From the IMG/VR virus record IMGVR_UViG_3300040811_000825, positions 4,184-68,183 of that record: 64,000 nt of DNA, one strand, 5' to 3'. Source of the DNA: a virus. Each line of letters opens with the position of its first letter. Positions within the stretch are counted from its first letter, which is position 1. This document shows, piece after piece, positions 55,291 through 64,000 of this stretch. A program made the translations under genes and the position numbers. The notes under the pieces were generated by a model. The model had not been told where the DNA came from. It saw nothing but the letters and a program-made list of their open reading frames with translations, and made no database searches.

Positions 55291-55909
55291 GATTCTTACT
55301 TTCAAAGCGGGAGAGTAGTTTTTTAGATACAACAACTTCATAAGTTCCAGGGAGAATCTTGATGTTCTCTACTTTAAAGTTAAAGCAGAACTCGGAATCA
55401 GTTTCACCAACAATCTCTTCATGTGTATTAGAGGTATCATTCTTCTTGTCGTGAACAACAAGTTTGACAACTCCAGCTTCACCAATAACAGACAGGTCAG
55501 GAACCTGATAGATTGCTGCTGCTTTCATCAAAGTACCAAGAACCTGAGTGTCAAGTTCAAAGCATACATCCTCAGAAGGAAGAGTGATGGATTTCTCAGG
55601 TGGGCTGACAATCACGTTGGGATCAGCAAAGAAGAAACGATTACGCTTCTTGCCTTCACGAATCAAGAGATATTCGTTGTTGCTGAAGTCCAATTCAGGA
55701 TTGACGTGAAGAGAAGAGATGGCATTCAGGAACTGGTTCAGGTCATAGATACCAAAGTCCTTAGGAAACTCTTCAGGGACTTTTGCTTCTGCGAGAATAT
55801 TCTTCATCACAGAAATGGTGCGAATACAATCACCTTCCTTAATCAGAATAGATTGATTGATGGAAGAGAAGTTCTTGAGCAGGTTAATAGTTTTATCAGA
55901 TAGTTTCAT
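55241..55909 (-). CDS. gp45: Sliding clamp (gp45)
   Basis: LKNFSSINQSI, FGIYDLNQFL, YYIALE. Confidence 0.95.
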   Translation of the reverse strand: MKLSDKTINLLKNFSSINQSILIKEGDCIRTISVMKNILAEAKVPEEFPKDFGIYDLNQFLNAISSLHVNPELDFSNNEYLLIREGKKRNRFFFADPNVIVSPPEKSITLPSEDVCFELDTQVLGTLMKAAAIYQVPDLSVIGEAGVVKLVVHDKKNDTSNTHEEIVGETDSEFCFNFKVENIKILPGTYEVVVSKKLLSRFESKNHELTYYIALEPDSSFG

Positions 55910-55911
55910 AA

Positions 55912-56457
55912 TCACTGGTTGTAGGTTTCACGTTGAGCGTTCTTGTCGTTGAAATGCATCAGAAGCACAGCATAGTGCAGAATCTTCATAATGTCACGAC
56001 GTGCAGTGCCTTTCTTATCATAACGAGAGGCATACTTGAGGATATTACTACGGCAGAAGGATTCTCCATCACCACAAGCTTCAATCAGATCAAGTGTTTG
56101 GACAGCATCATCACCAGCAGAATAATGCTGATTGTATGTTGTAGAAATATAGTCAGTCAGTTCTTTGATAATCCGCTCTTCACTATACTTAAAGCGATTA
56201 GGATTCTTGCTAGTAGTCATATCAAGGTCAAAAGAAATAGTATCAGTACCATAGGTTCCAAAAAAATCCATTGGAACCGCTTGTGCTGCTTGGAAAGAGA
56301 TAGTGTCTGTTCCCTCTCCACCGTAGATTACAGTGTCACCACCAAGGGTAATTGTATCATTGATACTGGTGGTAAAGGCAATTGTATCTTGAGCAGCAAC
56401 ACCAGGGTTACCTGTTACACTGAATCCATCTTCTGCCCAGTAGTCTTGATTAGTCAT
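55912..56457 (-). CDS. DUF3310-like protein with N-terminal DTI repeats
   Basis: HY...FCRSNILKYASRYDKKG...DIMKILHY. Confidence 0.75.
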   Translation of the reverse strand: MTNQDYWAEDGFSVTGNPGVAAQDTIAFTTSINDTITLGGDTVIYGGEGTDTISFQAAQAVPMDFFGTYGTDTISFDLDMTTSKNPNRFKYSEERIIKELTDYISTTYNQHYSAGDDAVQTLDLIEACGDGESFCRSNILKYASRYDKKGTARRDIMKILHYAVLLMHFNDKNAQRETYNQ

Positions 56458-56502
56458 GTTCAAATCATCAAATAAAAGGATCAAGAGTTTGTTGTTATTA
56501 TA

Positions 56503-57615
56503 TCAGAGAATCTCTGATTGGTCAATGGGAGAAAATTCTTTCATTGCATCTTCGTCAAGTGTGGGAAGATTGAATTCTGCATCAACTTTATCATACAGTT
56601 CCAGGAATGCTTGCTTGGTTTCATCATCAAAACGATTCACACAGACCTGAATAGCCTTTGCCTTATCACCAAAGATGTTGAATGCTTTGGCGATATGAAC
56701 CAGACGACGAGTGGAGATAACTTCATCAATGCCACCATCATAGAAGGTCTTGCGGATGATGTCTGCCCAGTCTGCCAGACGCTTGCAGAAGTCAGCATCA
56801 TCACAGAGACCAGAGAGAATCTTCTCTTCAGTCTTGGCAGTCGGATACTCCTGCTCAAAAGTCACAGGGAACCGCTCAAGGAAGGCTTCGTTGAGCACAT
56901 TAGTTCCAATGAATCGTCCGTCATCGGAACCTTTGCCTTTGGTGTTAGCAGTGGCGAATACGTTGAAGCCTTCTGAGGGCGTAATGAACTTGCCAATCTT
57001 CTTGAGGAAAACTCCTTTCCCTTCAAGAATCGACTGAAGACAGAGAATTTTGTTTGAGGCAAGATCGATTTCGTCAAGGAGCAATACTGCTCCTCGTTGG
57101 AGTGCTTCAATGACTGGGCCATTGTGCCAGACGGTTTCACCATTAATAAGACGGAAACCGCCAATAAGATCATCTTCATCAGTTTCGATAGTGATGTTTA
57201 CACGGATGAGTTCTCGGCCGAGTTGGGCACATGCTTGCTCAACAGAGAACGTTTTACCGTTTCCAGAAAGACCAGTGATGAACGTTGGATAGAATACACG
57301 GGACTTAATAATTTTTTTAATATCACTGAAATTGCCAAACTGGATGAAGGAATCATCTTTCTGAGGGATAAGGTTTTGCTCAACAGCAGGAATTGCTGCA
57401 GGTGCATTATAAGTTACTTCAAGTTCTTCCACAGTATCTTGTGTTACTTCCAGGTTCCACTTACCGCGACCAACTTTATAGTCAGTCAATTTGTTGGTGA
57501 CAGTCTGATAGTTAGAATCATTCATAGCACACCAGGCACGAATGTCGGCGGCAGTCACAGACTCCCCATACACTGCCTGGAGAGAAGTGCGGATGTAGTC
57601 AGCGGACAGAGGCAT
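56503..57615 (-). CDS. cobS: CobS/MoxR-like AAA+ ATPase
   Basis: GLSGNGKT, LLDEID, TANTKGKG, NEAFLERF, STRRL. Confidence 0.9.
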   Translation of the reverse strand: MPLSADYIRTSLQAVYGESVTAADIRAWCAMNDSNYQTVTNKLTDYKVGRGKWNLEVTQDTVEELEVTYNAPAAIPAVEQNLIPQKDDSFIQFGNFSDIKKIIKSRVFYPTFITGLSGNGKTFSVEQACAQLGRELIRVNITIETDEDDLIGGFRLINGETVWHNGPVIEALQRGAVLLLDEIDLASNKILCLQSILEGKGVFLKKIGKFITPSEGFNVFATANTKGKGSDDGRFIGTNVLNEAFLERFPVTFEQEYPTAKTEEKILSGLCDDADFCKRLADWADIIRKTFYDGGIDEVISTRRLVHIAKAFNIFGDKAKAIQVCVNRFDDETKQAFLELYDKVDAEFNLPTLDEDAMKEFSPIDQSEIL

Positions 57616-57645
57616 TTGTCTTTTTTTGAACTGAAGTTATTATAG

Positions 57646-57675
57646 GGCAGAGTGAGGCAGAGTCGGGGGCAGAGT
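57646..57675. repeat. Three GGCAGAGT direct repeats upstream of the cobS -10
   Basis: Copies at 57646, 57656 and 57668. Confidence 0.8.
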
Positions 57676-57677
57676 GG

Positions 57678-57827
57678 TCAGTTGTTAGATTGACCATACT
57701 TGTATCGGATTGCTTGAAGTAGATATGCCTGAGAAAGGGACTTGGGCCCGTTCTCAAGAATATCAATCACCTTGGGGTCTTTTTCTGATGCTCTTGCAAT
57801 TTCTTTCCAGTTTTCTTTATAAGTCAT
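57678..57827 (-). CDS. Hypothetical protein (49 aa)
   Basis: Manual translation MTYKENWKEIARASEKDPKVIDILENGPKSLSQAY...; ATGA overlap. Confidence 0.65.
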   Translation of the reverse strand: MTYKENWKEIARASEKDPKVIDILENGPKSLSQAYLLQAIRYKYGQSNN

Positions 57828-59947
57828 GCAATCAACTCCACAAACTCCCCAAGAACTTTCTTATTTAGTTTTTTGGTCTTAAGAGACTTCATAAAAGCAC
57901 TCTTGATTTGAGTTTTAGTTGCATCTTCCTTAACCTCAAATTCAGTTTCATTAGAAAGAGAGACAGAAGAAAGACCGAAATACTTAGAAAAACCACGAAT
58001 AGTTACAGACACGGCTCTTTCCTTTTTCCATTCTTTCTGAAGGTCATTAAGTTCAGAATAAGGAACACTACGACGCATCCAAGCATTTGCATCACGGCTC
58101 TCAAGAATGCGAATGCCAATCACATTAATATCAGGGAAACGGTCACAAAGGTTTTCAACCATCATACCGTTGAATTCATACCACTCACAAGGAATCTTGT
58201 ATGTCTTACCAATCTTACGGTCACGAAGATAACAAAGATCATTGAGACGAATTTTGCCCATAATTTCACAATCCCGACGCTCAACCAACTTGTGACGGGC
58301 AAGGTGATTTGCCTCACCATCAGTCAAAATCACACAATTAACCTTCTCCAGATTATTTTTTTTCTTGAAGTCGGGGATAATTTTATGAAGTGCAATAATA
58401 GATTCATTCAAAGGGGTGCCAGAGAATCCCAAACGAGGAGGTGTCATAAAATCACCAGAGTAAGAATAATGACAGGCAGAATAAGAAATCCTCCAAATGT
58501 TTTTCATCTGATTATCAAGTTCTTTAGTGGAAGTTTCATTGTTAAAGAACTCCATCATAGAGAACCTACTATCAACATATAGGTATCCTTCTTTTGCCTC
58601 ATAGTGAGAGGGATTCTCGCAAATGTATCCTTTGTCATCAAATTTTACATTATACTCTCCAGTAAAAGCAAACACTTTAAAAGGAATAGCAACTTTCTTA
58701 CAGAACCAAATCAGATTATACAGTTGCTTTAAAGTGTCTTCAATGACATTTACCATAGAACCAGACCAGTCAAGAACAAAAACCAGGCCGTGATTCTTGC
58801 CGTCAGGAATCACACTGACTTTTTTGAACAAGTCTTCATTGTATTTGTAAGTATGGAGTTTAGTGCAATCAAGGACTCCAGTCCGAGATACAGTAGAACG
58901 ATGATAAGCACTAGCAGACTTTCTACACTCGAATTCTTTGACGAGGTAGTTGACTTCTTTCTGTGCGGACTTTTTGAATTTGGCATAAGAGTCATCAGCA
59001 CTTTGATAAGGTGATTTACTTACACCATCCAATCCAATACGGTCTTTATGATATAGAGCGAAGAAATCATTGATATATTCCGAAACCTCCTTATTAGAAT
59101 TGACGATGGTCTTTAGATTAACATCAGGAATCTCAACATATTCATTAGCCTTAGAGTCACTAGAAATTAGGTTCTCAAGATTACTGGAGAGACTGGAGTC
59201 AGTCTTGACTTCATCATCTTGTTCCGTCTCATCATCTTCAGTAGGAAATTCCTGAGTTGTTTCTGGAGACCCACCACCATTAAACCCACCTTCAGAATCA
59301 TCCATCTCTGGTTGTTCTGTGGTATCTGATTGACTCTGACTTTCTTCTTGACCACCGCCTTGCTCCTGTTGAGGAGTCTCTATATTAGCAATTTTCTCCT
59401 GTTCCTTTTGTTGCTTATGGAGTTGATGCATTGCCCGTGCAGCTTCCTGTGCATCCACGAAAGTTTCTGCATTGGCAATCATATCAACAACCACTTGCTC
59501 CTCTTCAGTAAAAGAAACAGGGATGAATGAACCAATCTTGAAGTGAAGATTCACACGATCGGCAAGAGACATAGAGTTGACATCTTCGCCATCCAATTCA
59601 AAAAAGTCATCTTTATGAAACTGCTGATATCCACGATAGAAAGTCTTGGCAAGTCCCATAAACTTGCGCTTCATCAGTTTCTCAATACGTGCGTCCTCAG
59701 TTACATTCACATATTGATGAGGAATATCATCAGCAGGATCTTCGTTAGGAGTAAAGAGCGCATGGCCAACTTCGTGTGCTACCAGCAAGTCATACACATT
59801 ATTGTCTGCCTTGTCCCAGATAGGCAGAGTCAGAACACGGGAATCCACATTGAAGGAAGCAGTGCGGACTTCCTTGTTCTCAATGATAAGGTCTTCGGTA
59901 GCAAGCAGTTTAGCAAGTTGCCCCTTGATCTCTAGATTGATTCCCAT
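57824..59947 (-). CDS. Peptidase/VWA protein (CobT-like partner of the AAA+ ATPase)
   Basis: HEVGH, EDARIE, acidic linker, DWSGS MIDAS, GTPL, LTDGE. Confidence 0.88.
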   Translation of the reverse strand: MGINLEIKGQLAKLLATEDLIIENKEVRTASFNVDSRVLTLPIWDKADNNVYDLLVAHEVGHALFTPNEDPADDIPHQYVNVTEDARIEKLMKRKFMGLAKTFYRGYQQFHKDDFFELDGEDVNSMSLADRVNLHFKIGSFIPVSFTEEEQVVVDMIANAETFVDAQEAARAMHQLHKQQKEQEKIANIETPQQEQGGGQEESQSQSDTTEQPEMDDSEGGFNGGGSPETTQEFPTEDDETEQDDEVKTDSSLSSNLENLISSDSKANEYVEIPDVNLKTIVNSNKEVSEYINDFFALYHKDRIGLDGVSKSPYQSADDSYAKFKKSAQKEVNYLVKEFECRKSASAYHRSTVSRTGVLDCTKLHTYKYNEDLFKKVSVIPDGKNHGLVFVLDWSGSMVNVIEDTLKQLYNLIWFCKKVAIPFKVFAFTGEYNVKFDDKGYICENPSHYEAKEGYLYVDSRFSMMEFFNNETSTKELDNQMKNIWRISYSACHYSYSGDFMTPPRLGFSGTPLNESIIALHKIIPDFKKKNNLEKVNCVILTDGEANHLARHKLVERRDCEIMGKIRLNDLCYLRDRKIGKTYKIPCEWYEFNGMMVENLCDRFPDINVIGIRILESRDANAWMRRSVPYSELNDLQKEWKKERAVSVTIRGFSKYFGLSSVSLSNETEFEVKEDATKTQIKSAFMKSLKTKKLNKKVLGEFVELIA

Positions 59948-60117
59948 TGGAGTTCCTTTCGTATGGAGCCATAATACGACGAAAGGTCGCCCTTTGGACG
60001 ACCCATGTGACGCTTTTTAAAATGGCGCAGTGCTTCTCGCCTGGCCCTCATTGCTTGTGGTTTAAGTTTTCTCTTCTGTTGTTTTTTGCTGTGGTGTTGC
60101 CAGTTTGGTCTTTGCAT
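59932..60117 (-). CDS. Small basic protein
   Basis: PNWQHHSKK..KRKLKPQA. Confidence 0.6.
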   Translation of the reverse strand: MQRPNWQHHSKKQQKRKLKPQAMRARREALRHFKKRHMGRPKGDLSSYYGSIRKELQWESI

Positions 60118-60214
60118 TGAGATACCTGTCTGATGCAGGGTCAGTGATTAACGTCATACCAGACTGCCTGAATTCTTCTCCTATGTCAACTGGACGGCGA
60201 ATTTGTTTTTTCAT
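60062..60214 (-). CDS. Hypothetical protein (50 aa)
   Basis: Start at MKKQIRRP; GMTLITDPASDRYL. Confidence 0.55.
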   Translation of the reverse strand: MKKQIRRPVDIGEEFRQSGMTLITDPASDRYLNAKTKLATPQQKTTEEKT

Positions 60215-61922
60215 TTGAGATACTAGAGAAACCTTTGATTTTTTCAAATCTCAAGACGTTGTGGAAACTATCTTCAAGACCAGTCTTGTGTGAGATAACA
60301 AAAATGTTTGCGTCTTGAATAACGTATCTGATAATTTTGAGAAACTCTTGAGTTCCCAATCCATCTAGAGAACTGTCAAACACTTCATCCATGATAAGAA
60401 GATTGGTGTTGACTGAGTTCTTCATTCTAGCAACTTCCCGCCAAGTAAACAAGAGTGCTAGGTCAATTCTCATCTTTTCGCCTTCAGAGAAGGATGAGTA
60501 TGAGAAGTTATCATGAATTGGGGACTGGACGGTTTCGTTAAATTCCTCATCAAGTGTGAAGTTAATGTAGAAGTCCATCATTTGAAGATAACGATTGACT
60601 TGCTGATTTATCAGCGGTAGATACTTCTTAATGATTTTGGATTTGACGCCACCGTCTTTAAGTAAACTATACGAAAAATCGTAATAGTTAATCGTGTCCT
60701 TACGTTGAGCGAGTTCGTCGTATGTAGTTTTTAGGTTTTCCTGGAAGGAAGCTAACTTGTCATCTTCAACATTTCTATTTGCAAGTTGGTCGGTAATTCT
60801 TTGAATTTCCGATTCCAGATCTCTGATTTGTCGCTGACATCCAGAAATCCGAGCATTGTTTTTAGAAATATCATTATTGAGGTTTGTAATCTCCTTCGAT
60901 AGGGCAGTGAATTGACGCTCTCGCTCTTCCTCCTTATTAATTGCGTCCTCCAGTTCTTTATAACCAGATTGCAACTCTTTTGCTTTATTTTGAGCGTCGG
61001 TAATTCTATTTATTCTGAAGGTCTCCTCAATGTCTTGATTGCATGTAGGACAAACCGTATTCTCTGTAAAAAATTTATGCTCCTTAGTAATTGTTGACAC
61101 TTTGTTAGAAATCTTACCCTTAAGATTTCCAAGTTTACGTAACTTTTCAGTAGCTCCTGTCAAAACTTCAAGACGTTGCTCTACCGATTGCACCTCCCAA
61201 TTGATGCCTTCATTAGCATTTATTAGGTCATTCTCTTCACTTAAGAGACCTTGAATCTTATCTTCTTTCTCTTTGATATTTTCTTTACCACGATTTTCAA
61301 GTTCTTCAATAAACTCTTTTTGCATCTGAACTTTATCATTCAGAGTTTCTTTTTTTAATTCTAAAACCTTCAAGTCTTCTTTCAAAGTGCGAATCTTTTC
61401 TTTGATCACAATCCCCATTGAAGAAAAGATTTTGATATCCAAAAGATCTTCAATCACATCTCTGCGATTCTGTGCAGAGAGTTGCATGAAAGGAACAAAG
61501 GTGCTGCTACCCAGAATCACAATCTGAGTGAATGACTTATAGTTCATCTTGAGAACATTTTTCTCAAGCCATTTTTGTTGGTCTAATGCTGCTGCATCCT
61601 GATCCAAAGGTTTATCGTTGCGATAAATTTCAAATAGATTTGGTTTGATTCCTCTGACTACTTTCCATTGAATATTATTAACCGAAAACTCAACCTCAAC
61701 ACGACAGTCCTTCTCATTCACAGAGTTGGGTAACTGTGGTTTATTAATCTTACGGAATGGTTTTCCATATAGCGAGAATGTAAGTGCATCAAGAACCGTA
61801 CTCTTACCAGCTCCATTGGAGCCAATAATCAAAGTCGTTGAAGCATCCTCAAAGTCAATTTCTGTATATTGATTTCCAGTAGATAGAAAATTCTTCCATT
61901 TAATTTTATGAAACGTAATCAT
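60186..61922 (-). CDS. gp46: Recombination endonuclease ATPase subunit (gp46, Rad50/SbcC-like)
   Basis: GSNGAGKS, CPTC hook, FSEGEK, IMDEVFD, SHK. Confidence 0.96.
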   Translation of the reverse strand: MITFHKIKWKNFLSTGNQYTEIDFEDASTTLIIGSNGAGKSTVLDALTFSLYGKPFRKINKPQLPNSVNEKDCRVEVEFSVNNIQWKVVRGIKPNLFEIYRNDKPLDQDAAALDQQKWLEKNVLKMNYKSFTQIVILGSSTFVPFMQLSAQNRRDVIEDLLDIKIFSSMGIVIKEKIRTLKEDLKVLELKKETLNDKVQMQKEFIEELENRGKENIKEKEDKIQGLLSEENDLINANEGINWEVQSVEQRLEVLTGATEKLRKLGNLKGKISNKVSTITKEHKFFTENTVCPTCNQDIEETFRINRITDAQNKAKELQSGYKELEDAINKEEERERQFTALSKEITNLNNDISKNNARISGCQRQIRDLESEIQRITDQLANRNVEDDKLASFQENLKTTYDELAQRKDTINYYDFSYSLLKDGGVKSKIIKKYLPLINQQVNRYLQMMDFYINFTLDEEFNETVQSPIHDNFSYSSFSEGEKMRIDLALLFTWREVARMKNSVNTNLLIMDEVFDSSLDGLGTQEFLKIIRYVIQDANIFVISHKTGLEDSFHNVLRFEKIKGFSSISNEKTNSPSS

Positions 61923-62179
61923 TCTGAGGTAGGGGGAATCACAATATCGTTGGGGGTGATGATCGTATATTTGTACCCATGCATTTCGCAGGTTTTGATC
62001 ATCAGTTCATCATCTATTTCAAGAATATGCATTTCGGAAGAACCTTCTTCCTCTAACATCATAGCATATCTTGTGGCATCATCTTCATCTTCAAAGATAT
62101 AAAGTACATCTTCTTCATACTCATTCTTTACTGAGTATGCACCATCAGTTTCCCTTCCATAAATTGTAAGTATATACAT
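61919..62179 (-). CDS. Hypothetical protein
   Basis: ORF track; between gp47 and gp46. Confidence 0.8.
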   Translation of the reverse strand: MYILTIYGRETDGAYSVKNEYEEDVLYIFEDEDDATRYAMMLEEEGSSEMHILEIDDELMIKTCEMHGYKYTIITPNDIVIPPTSE

Positions 62180-63228
62180 CAGACCATCTCACATGCCTCT
62201 TTGTAAATCTCACTCATCATCCTAGTGATTTCAGATTTGTCGAGATCAACTTCAGATTCTTGAATATACCTATTTAAGATTGAAAGAGTGTCTTCACCTT
62301 CAATCTCTTCACAGTCTGATTCCTGAAACCATCCACCAAAATCATAGTTTTCAATAACCTTAAGATCTGCAACTCCAATATCATAAAGTTTATCTAAAAA
62401 CTTTTCAAACTTTTTAGTGTCAGACTTCTTGCGAACAACAACCTTTACAATTTTATTTTCATAAGGACGTGCATCAAATGTTTGATGATTATCATCCTCG
62501 TAGTAAATATTATGAAAAATTTGGAAAGGATTATCTATCGAAACATGTTCAAGAGTTTCTGTATCAAAGATGGTGAATCCTCTCCGATCACCAACATCTG
62601 TCCAGTAGATTTCGTATGGGTTTCCCAAGTAATAGATCCGTCCATTATCCGATCTAGTGTGGTAGTGACCGCTGAAGACCTTTTTGAACTTTGAATATAG
62701 CTCGCCATCATGACCATGCTCCATGACGATTTGTTTATTAACTCTAAATCCTTGGAGCTCAAGGTGCCCCATCGCGCAGTCGCAAGTTGTCTTTTCAATA
62801 AGTTGATAAGTTTCTTTCTCATTTTCTTGATTAATCCAGGGAATGAATAGTACATCTAAACCACCAACTGTTACCTCAGTAGGTTTTGAATATACAGTGA
62901 CATTATCATACTCACGAAGTAACAAGTCTACAGCATTAACTTCGTTTGTATTTTTATAATATGCTGTGTGATTACCAACAATAGTATGGACTTTAACTCC
63001 CATTTCTTTTAGACGATCATAGTAATGATCTTTTGCCCAAGCCAATGCAGAGAAATCAATTCCTTTACGACTATCAAAGGTATCACCCATATCAATGACT
63101 GTGGTAATACCTTCTGCCTCTAGGGAAGGAAAGAATACTTCTTCGTAGAATTTGAGGAAGTAATCGTGAAATAGTTTGGAGTTTTTACGGGCACCGAAGT
63201 GTTGATCCGTAATGATAGCAACTTTCAT
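62179..63228 (-). CDS. gp47: Recombination endonuclease nuclease subunit (gp47, Mre11/SbcD-like)
   Basis: TDQHFG, GDTFD, GNH, GHLE, SGHYH. Confidence 0.96.
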   Translation of the reverse strand: MKVAIITDQHFGARKNSKLFHDYFLKFYEEVFFPSLEAEGITTVIDMGDTFDSRKGIDFSALAWAKDHYYDRLKEMGVKVHTIVGNHTAYYKNTNEVNAVDLLLREYDNVTVYSKPTEVTVGGLDVLFIPWINQENEKETYQLIEKTTCDCAMGHLELQGFRVNKQIVMEHGHDGELYSKFKKVFSGHYHTRSDNGRIYYLGNPYEIYWTDVGDRRGFTIFDTETLEHVSIDNPFQIFHNIYYEDDNHQTFDARPYENKIVKVVVRKKSDTKKFEKFLDKLYDIGVADLKVIENYDFGGWFQESDCEEIEGEDTLSILNRYIQESEVDLDKSEITRMMSEIYKEACEMV

Positions 63229-63773
63229 CCGTACCGCAGTTTACTATGGACAGCATCTTTGATGCTATTATAGTCCGAATAGTTGTTGCCGTCAATAGTG
63301 TTGTTATCGTCAAACACCTGGTCAAAGCCAGTCTTTTCAAGAATTTTGTTTTTAATCTCTAGTTGCTTCTTCTCTTTCTGAATTCGACGTAGAAAGGCAT
63401 AGTGGATAATTTGCGTGAAATAAGCAAATGGATTCTGAGACTTTTCTGGGTCAAAGTTATGAATATATTGTACACAGTTTTCAATACCATCACAAATCAT
63501 ATCATCCTTGAACATATAGTTCACGAAGTTTGGTTTGAATGATAAATGAGTAGCAATCTTCAGGAAGCATTCCCCAAGGTAGTTGGTAATCTGTGGTTTA
63601 CCTTCCCAACGCTTTGCTCTTTCTGATTTGTCTTGTTCTGTTAGGTCTTTTCCAAAAGTCTCTAAGTAAGATCTTTCCACTCTAGATCTATAATTAATAA
63701 GTGCTTCTAAAAGTTCTTTATTATTGACATAGTGTTCTGACCTTTTTCTTTTGGCCATAGGTGCTTTAATCAT
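63225..63773 (-). CDS. gp55: Late-transcription sigma factor (gp55)
   Basis: HYVNNKE, DMICDGIENC, NPFAYFTQI..AFLRRI. Confidence 0.95.
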   Translation of the reverse strand: MIKAPMAKRKRSEHYVNNKELLEALINYRSRVERSYLETFGKDLTEQDKSERAKRWEGKPQITNYLGECFLKIATHLSFKPNFVNYMFKDDMICDGIENCVQYIHNFDPEKSQNPFAYFTQIIHYAFLRRIQKEKKQLEIKNKILEKTGFDQVFDDNNTIDGNNYSDYNSIKDAVHSKLRYG

Positions 63774-63821
63774 AAGTTTATATGTTCTACTATGTAGACA
63801 TTATATCACTTTTTAATATAC

Positions 63822-63877
63822 TTGACAAGTTCTCTATATCTGTGTAGACTGGGCTTGTCCCGGTTAGAAGGGAAGCT
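63822..63877 (+). promoter_or_regulatory. Sigma70-type promoter with repeated leader motif (copy 2)
   Basis: TTGACA-N17-TAGACT-g-GGCTTGTCCCGGTT-ag-AAGGGAAGCT. Confidence 0.65.
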
Positions 63878-63883
63878 TAGCTA

Positions 63884-64000
63884 CTATTGAGTATCTTTAA
63901 CTTCTTTGTTGTAAATCTTCTCTAGTACTTCTTTAGCATCAGCAACGGATGAGATATAGCCCATTTCTCTTTGACTGAGTTTATATCTATTGGATTCATC
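63884..64000 (-). CDS. 3' end of a hypothetical protein upstream of gp55 (partial)
   Basis: Open frame ...REMGYISSVADAKEVLEKIYNKEVKDTQ*. Confidence 0.7.
   Translation of the reverse strand, partial: DESNRYKLSQREMGYISSVADAKEVLEKIYNKEVKDTQ

Noticed and set aside
55421-58582. Plus-strand ORFs of 150-224 aa opposite gp45, the DUF3310-like gene, cobS and the VWA gene
   Set aside because: Antisense shadows without motifs
56503-59947. cobS/cobT-like pair as a cobalamin pathway or a novel system
   Set aside because: A MoxR-type AAA+/VWA pair is a known, widespread T4-like phage module; no other cob genes are in the window

Overview
A 64 kb segment of a T4-like marine cyanomyovirus (Kyanoviridae type). 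The host is probably Synechococcus, judged from the tRNA set and the photosynthesis genes. Nearly all genes are on the minus strand. In coordinate order the window holds: (1) photosynthesis auxiliary genes (partial petE, intron-less psbA, two hli) mixed with many small membrane or secreted ORFs, a nuclease, an HExxH peptidase, a lysozyme and a small porin-like protein; (2) a ~12 kb glycan/LPS-type island with glycosyltransferases, split HldE-like genes, a split minimal transketolase, an RfbH/DdhC-like dehydrase, methyltransferases and epimerases, headed by wcaG/manA-type structured RNAs; (3) nine clustered tRNA genes plus a tenth (Ala) further on; (4) a denA-like nuclease, nrdB, nrdA and primase; (5) basic, probably capsid-internal proteins; (6) the T4 core replication module (mazG, gp41, uvsX, gp43, hsp20, regA, gp62, gp44, gp45, cobS plus VWA partner, gp46, gp47, gp55). 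I saw no CRISPR array, integrase, transposase, intron or intein. The best candidates for undescribed biology are: polyproteins of short basic modules separated by gp21-type cleavage sites, beside a nucleotidyltransferase with a capsid-targeting-like N-terminus; a promoter-plus-leader motif repeated 34 kb apart; a pre-tRNA leader hairpin with an anti-Shine-Dalgarno-like loop; ORFs whose stop codons lie inside tRNA genes; an opposite-strand cluster of signal-peptide proteins; and a possible branched-chain sugar pathway. All family assignments come from recognising motifs by eye; no database search was run.
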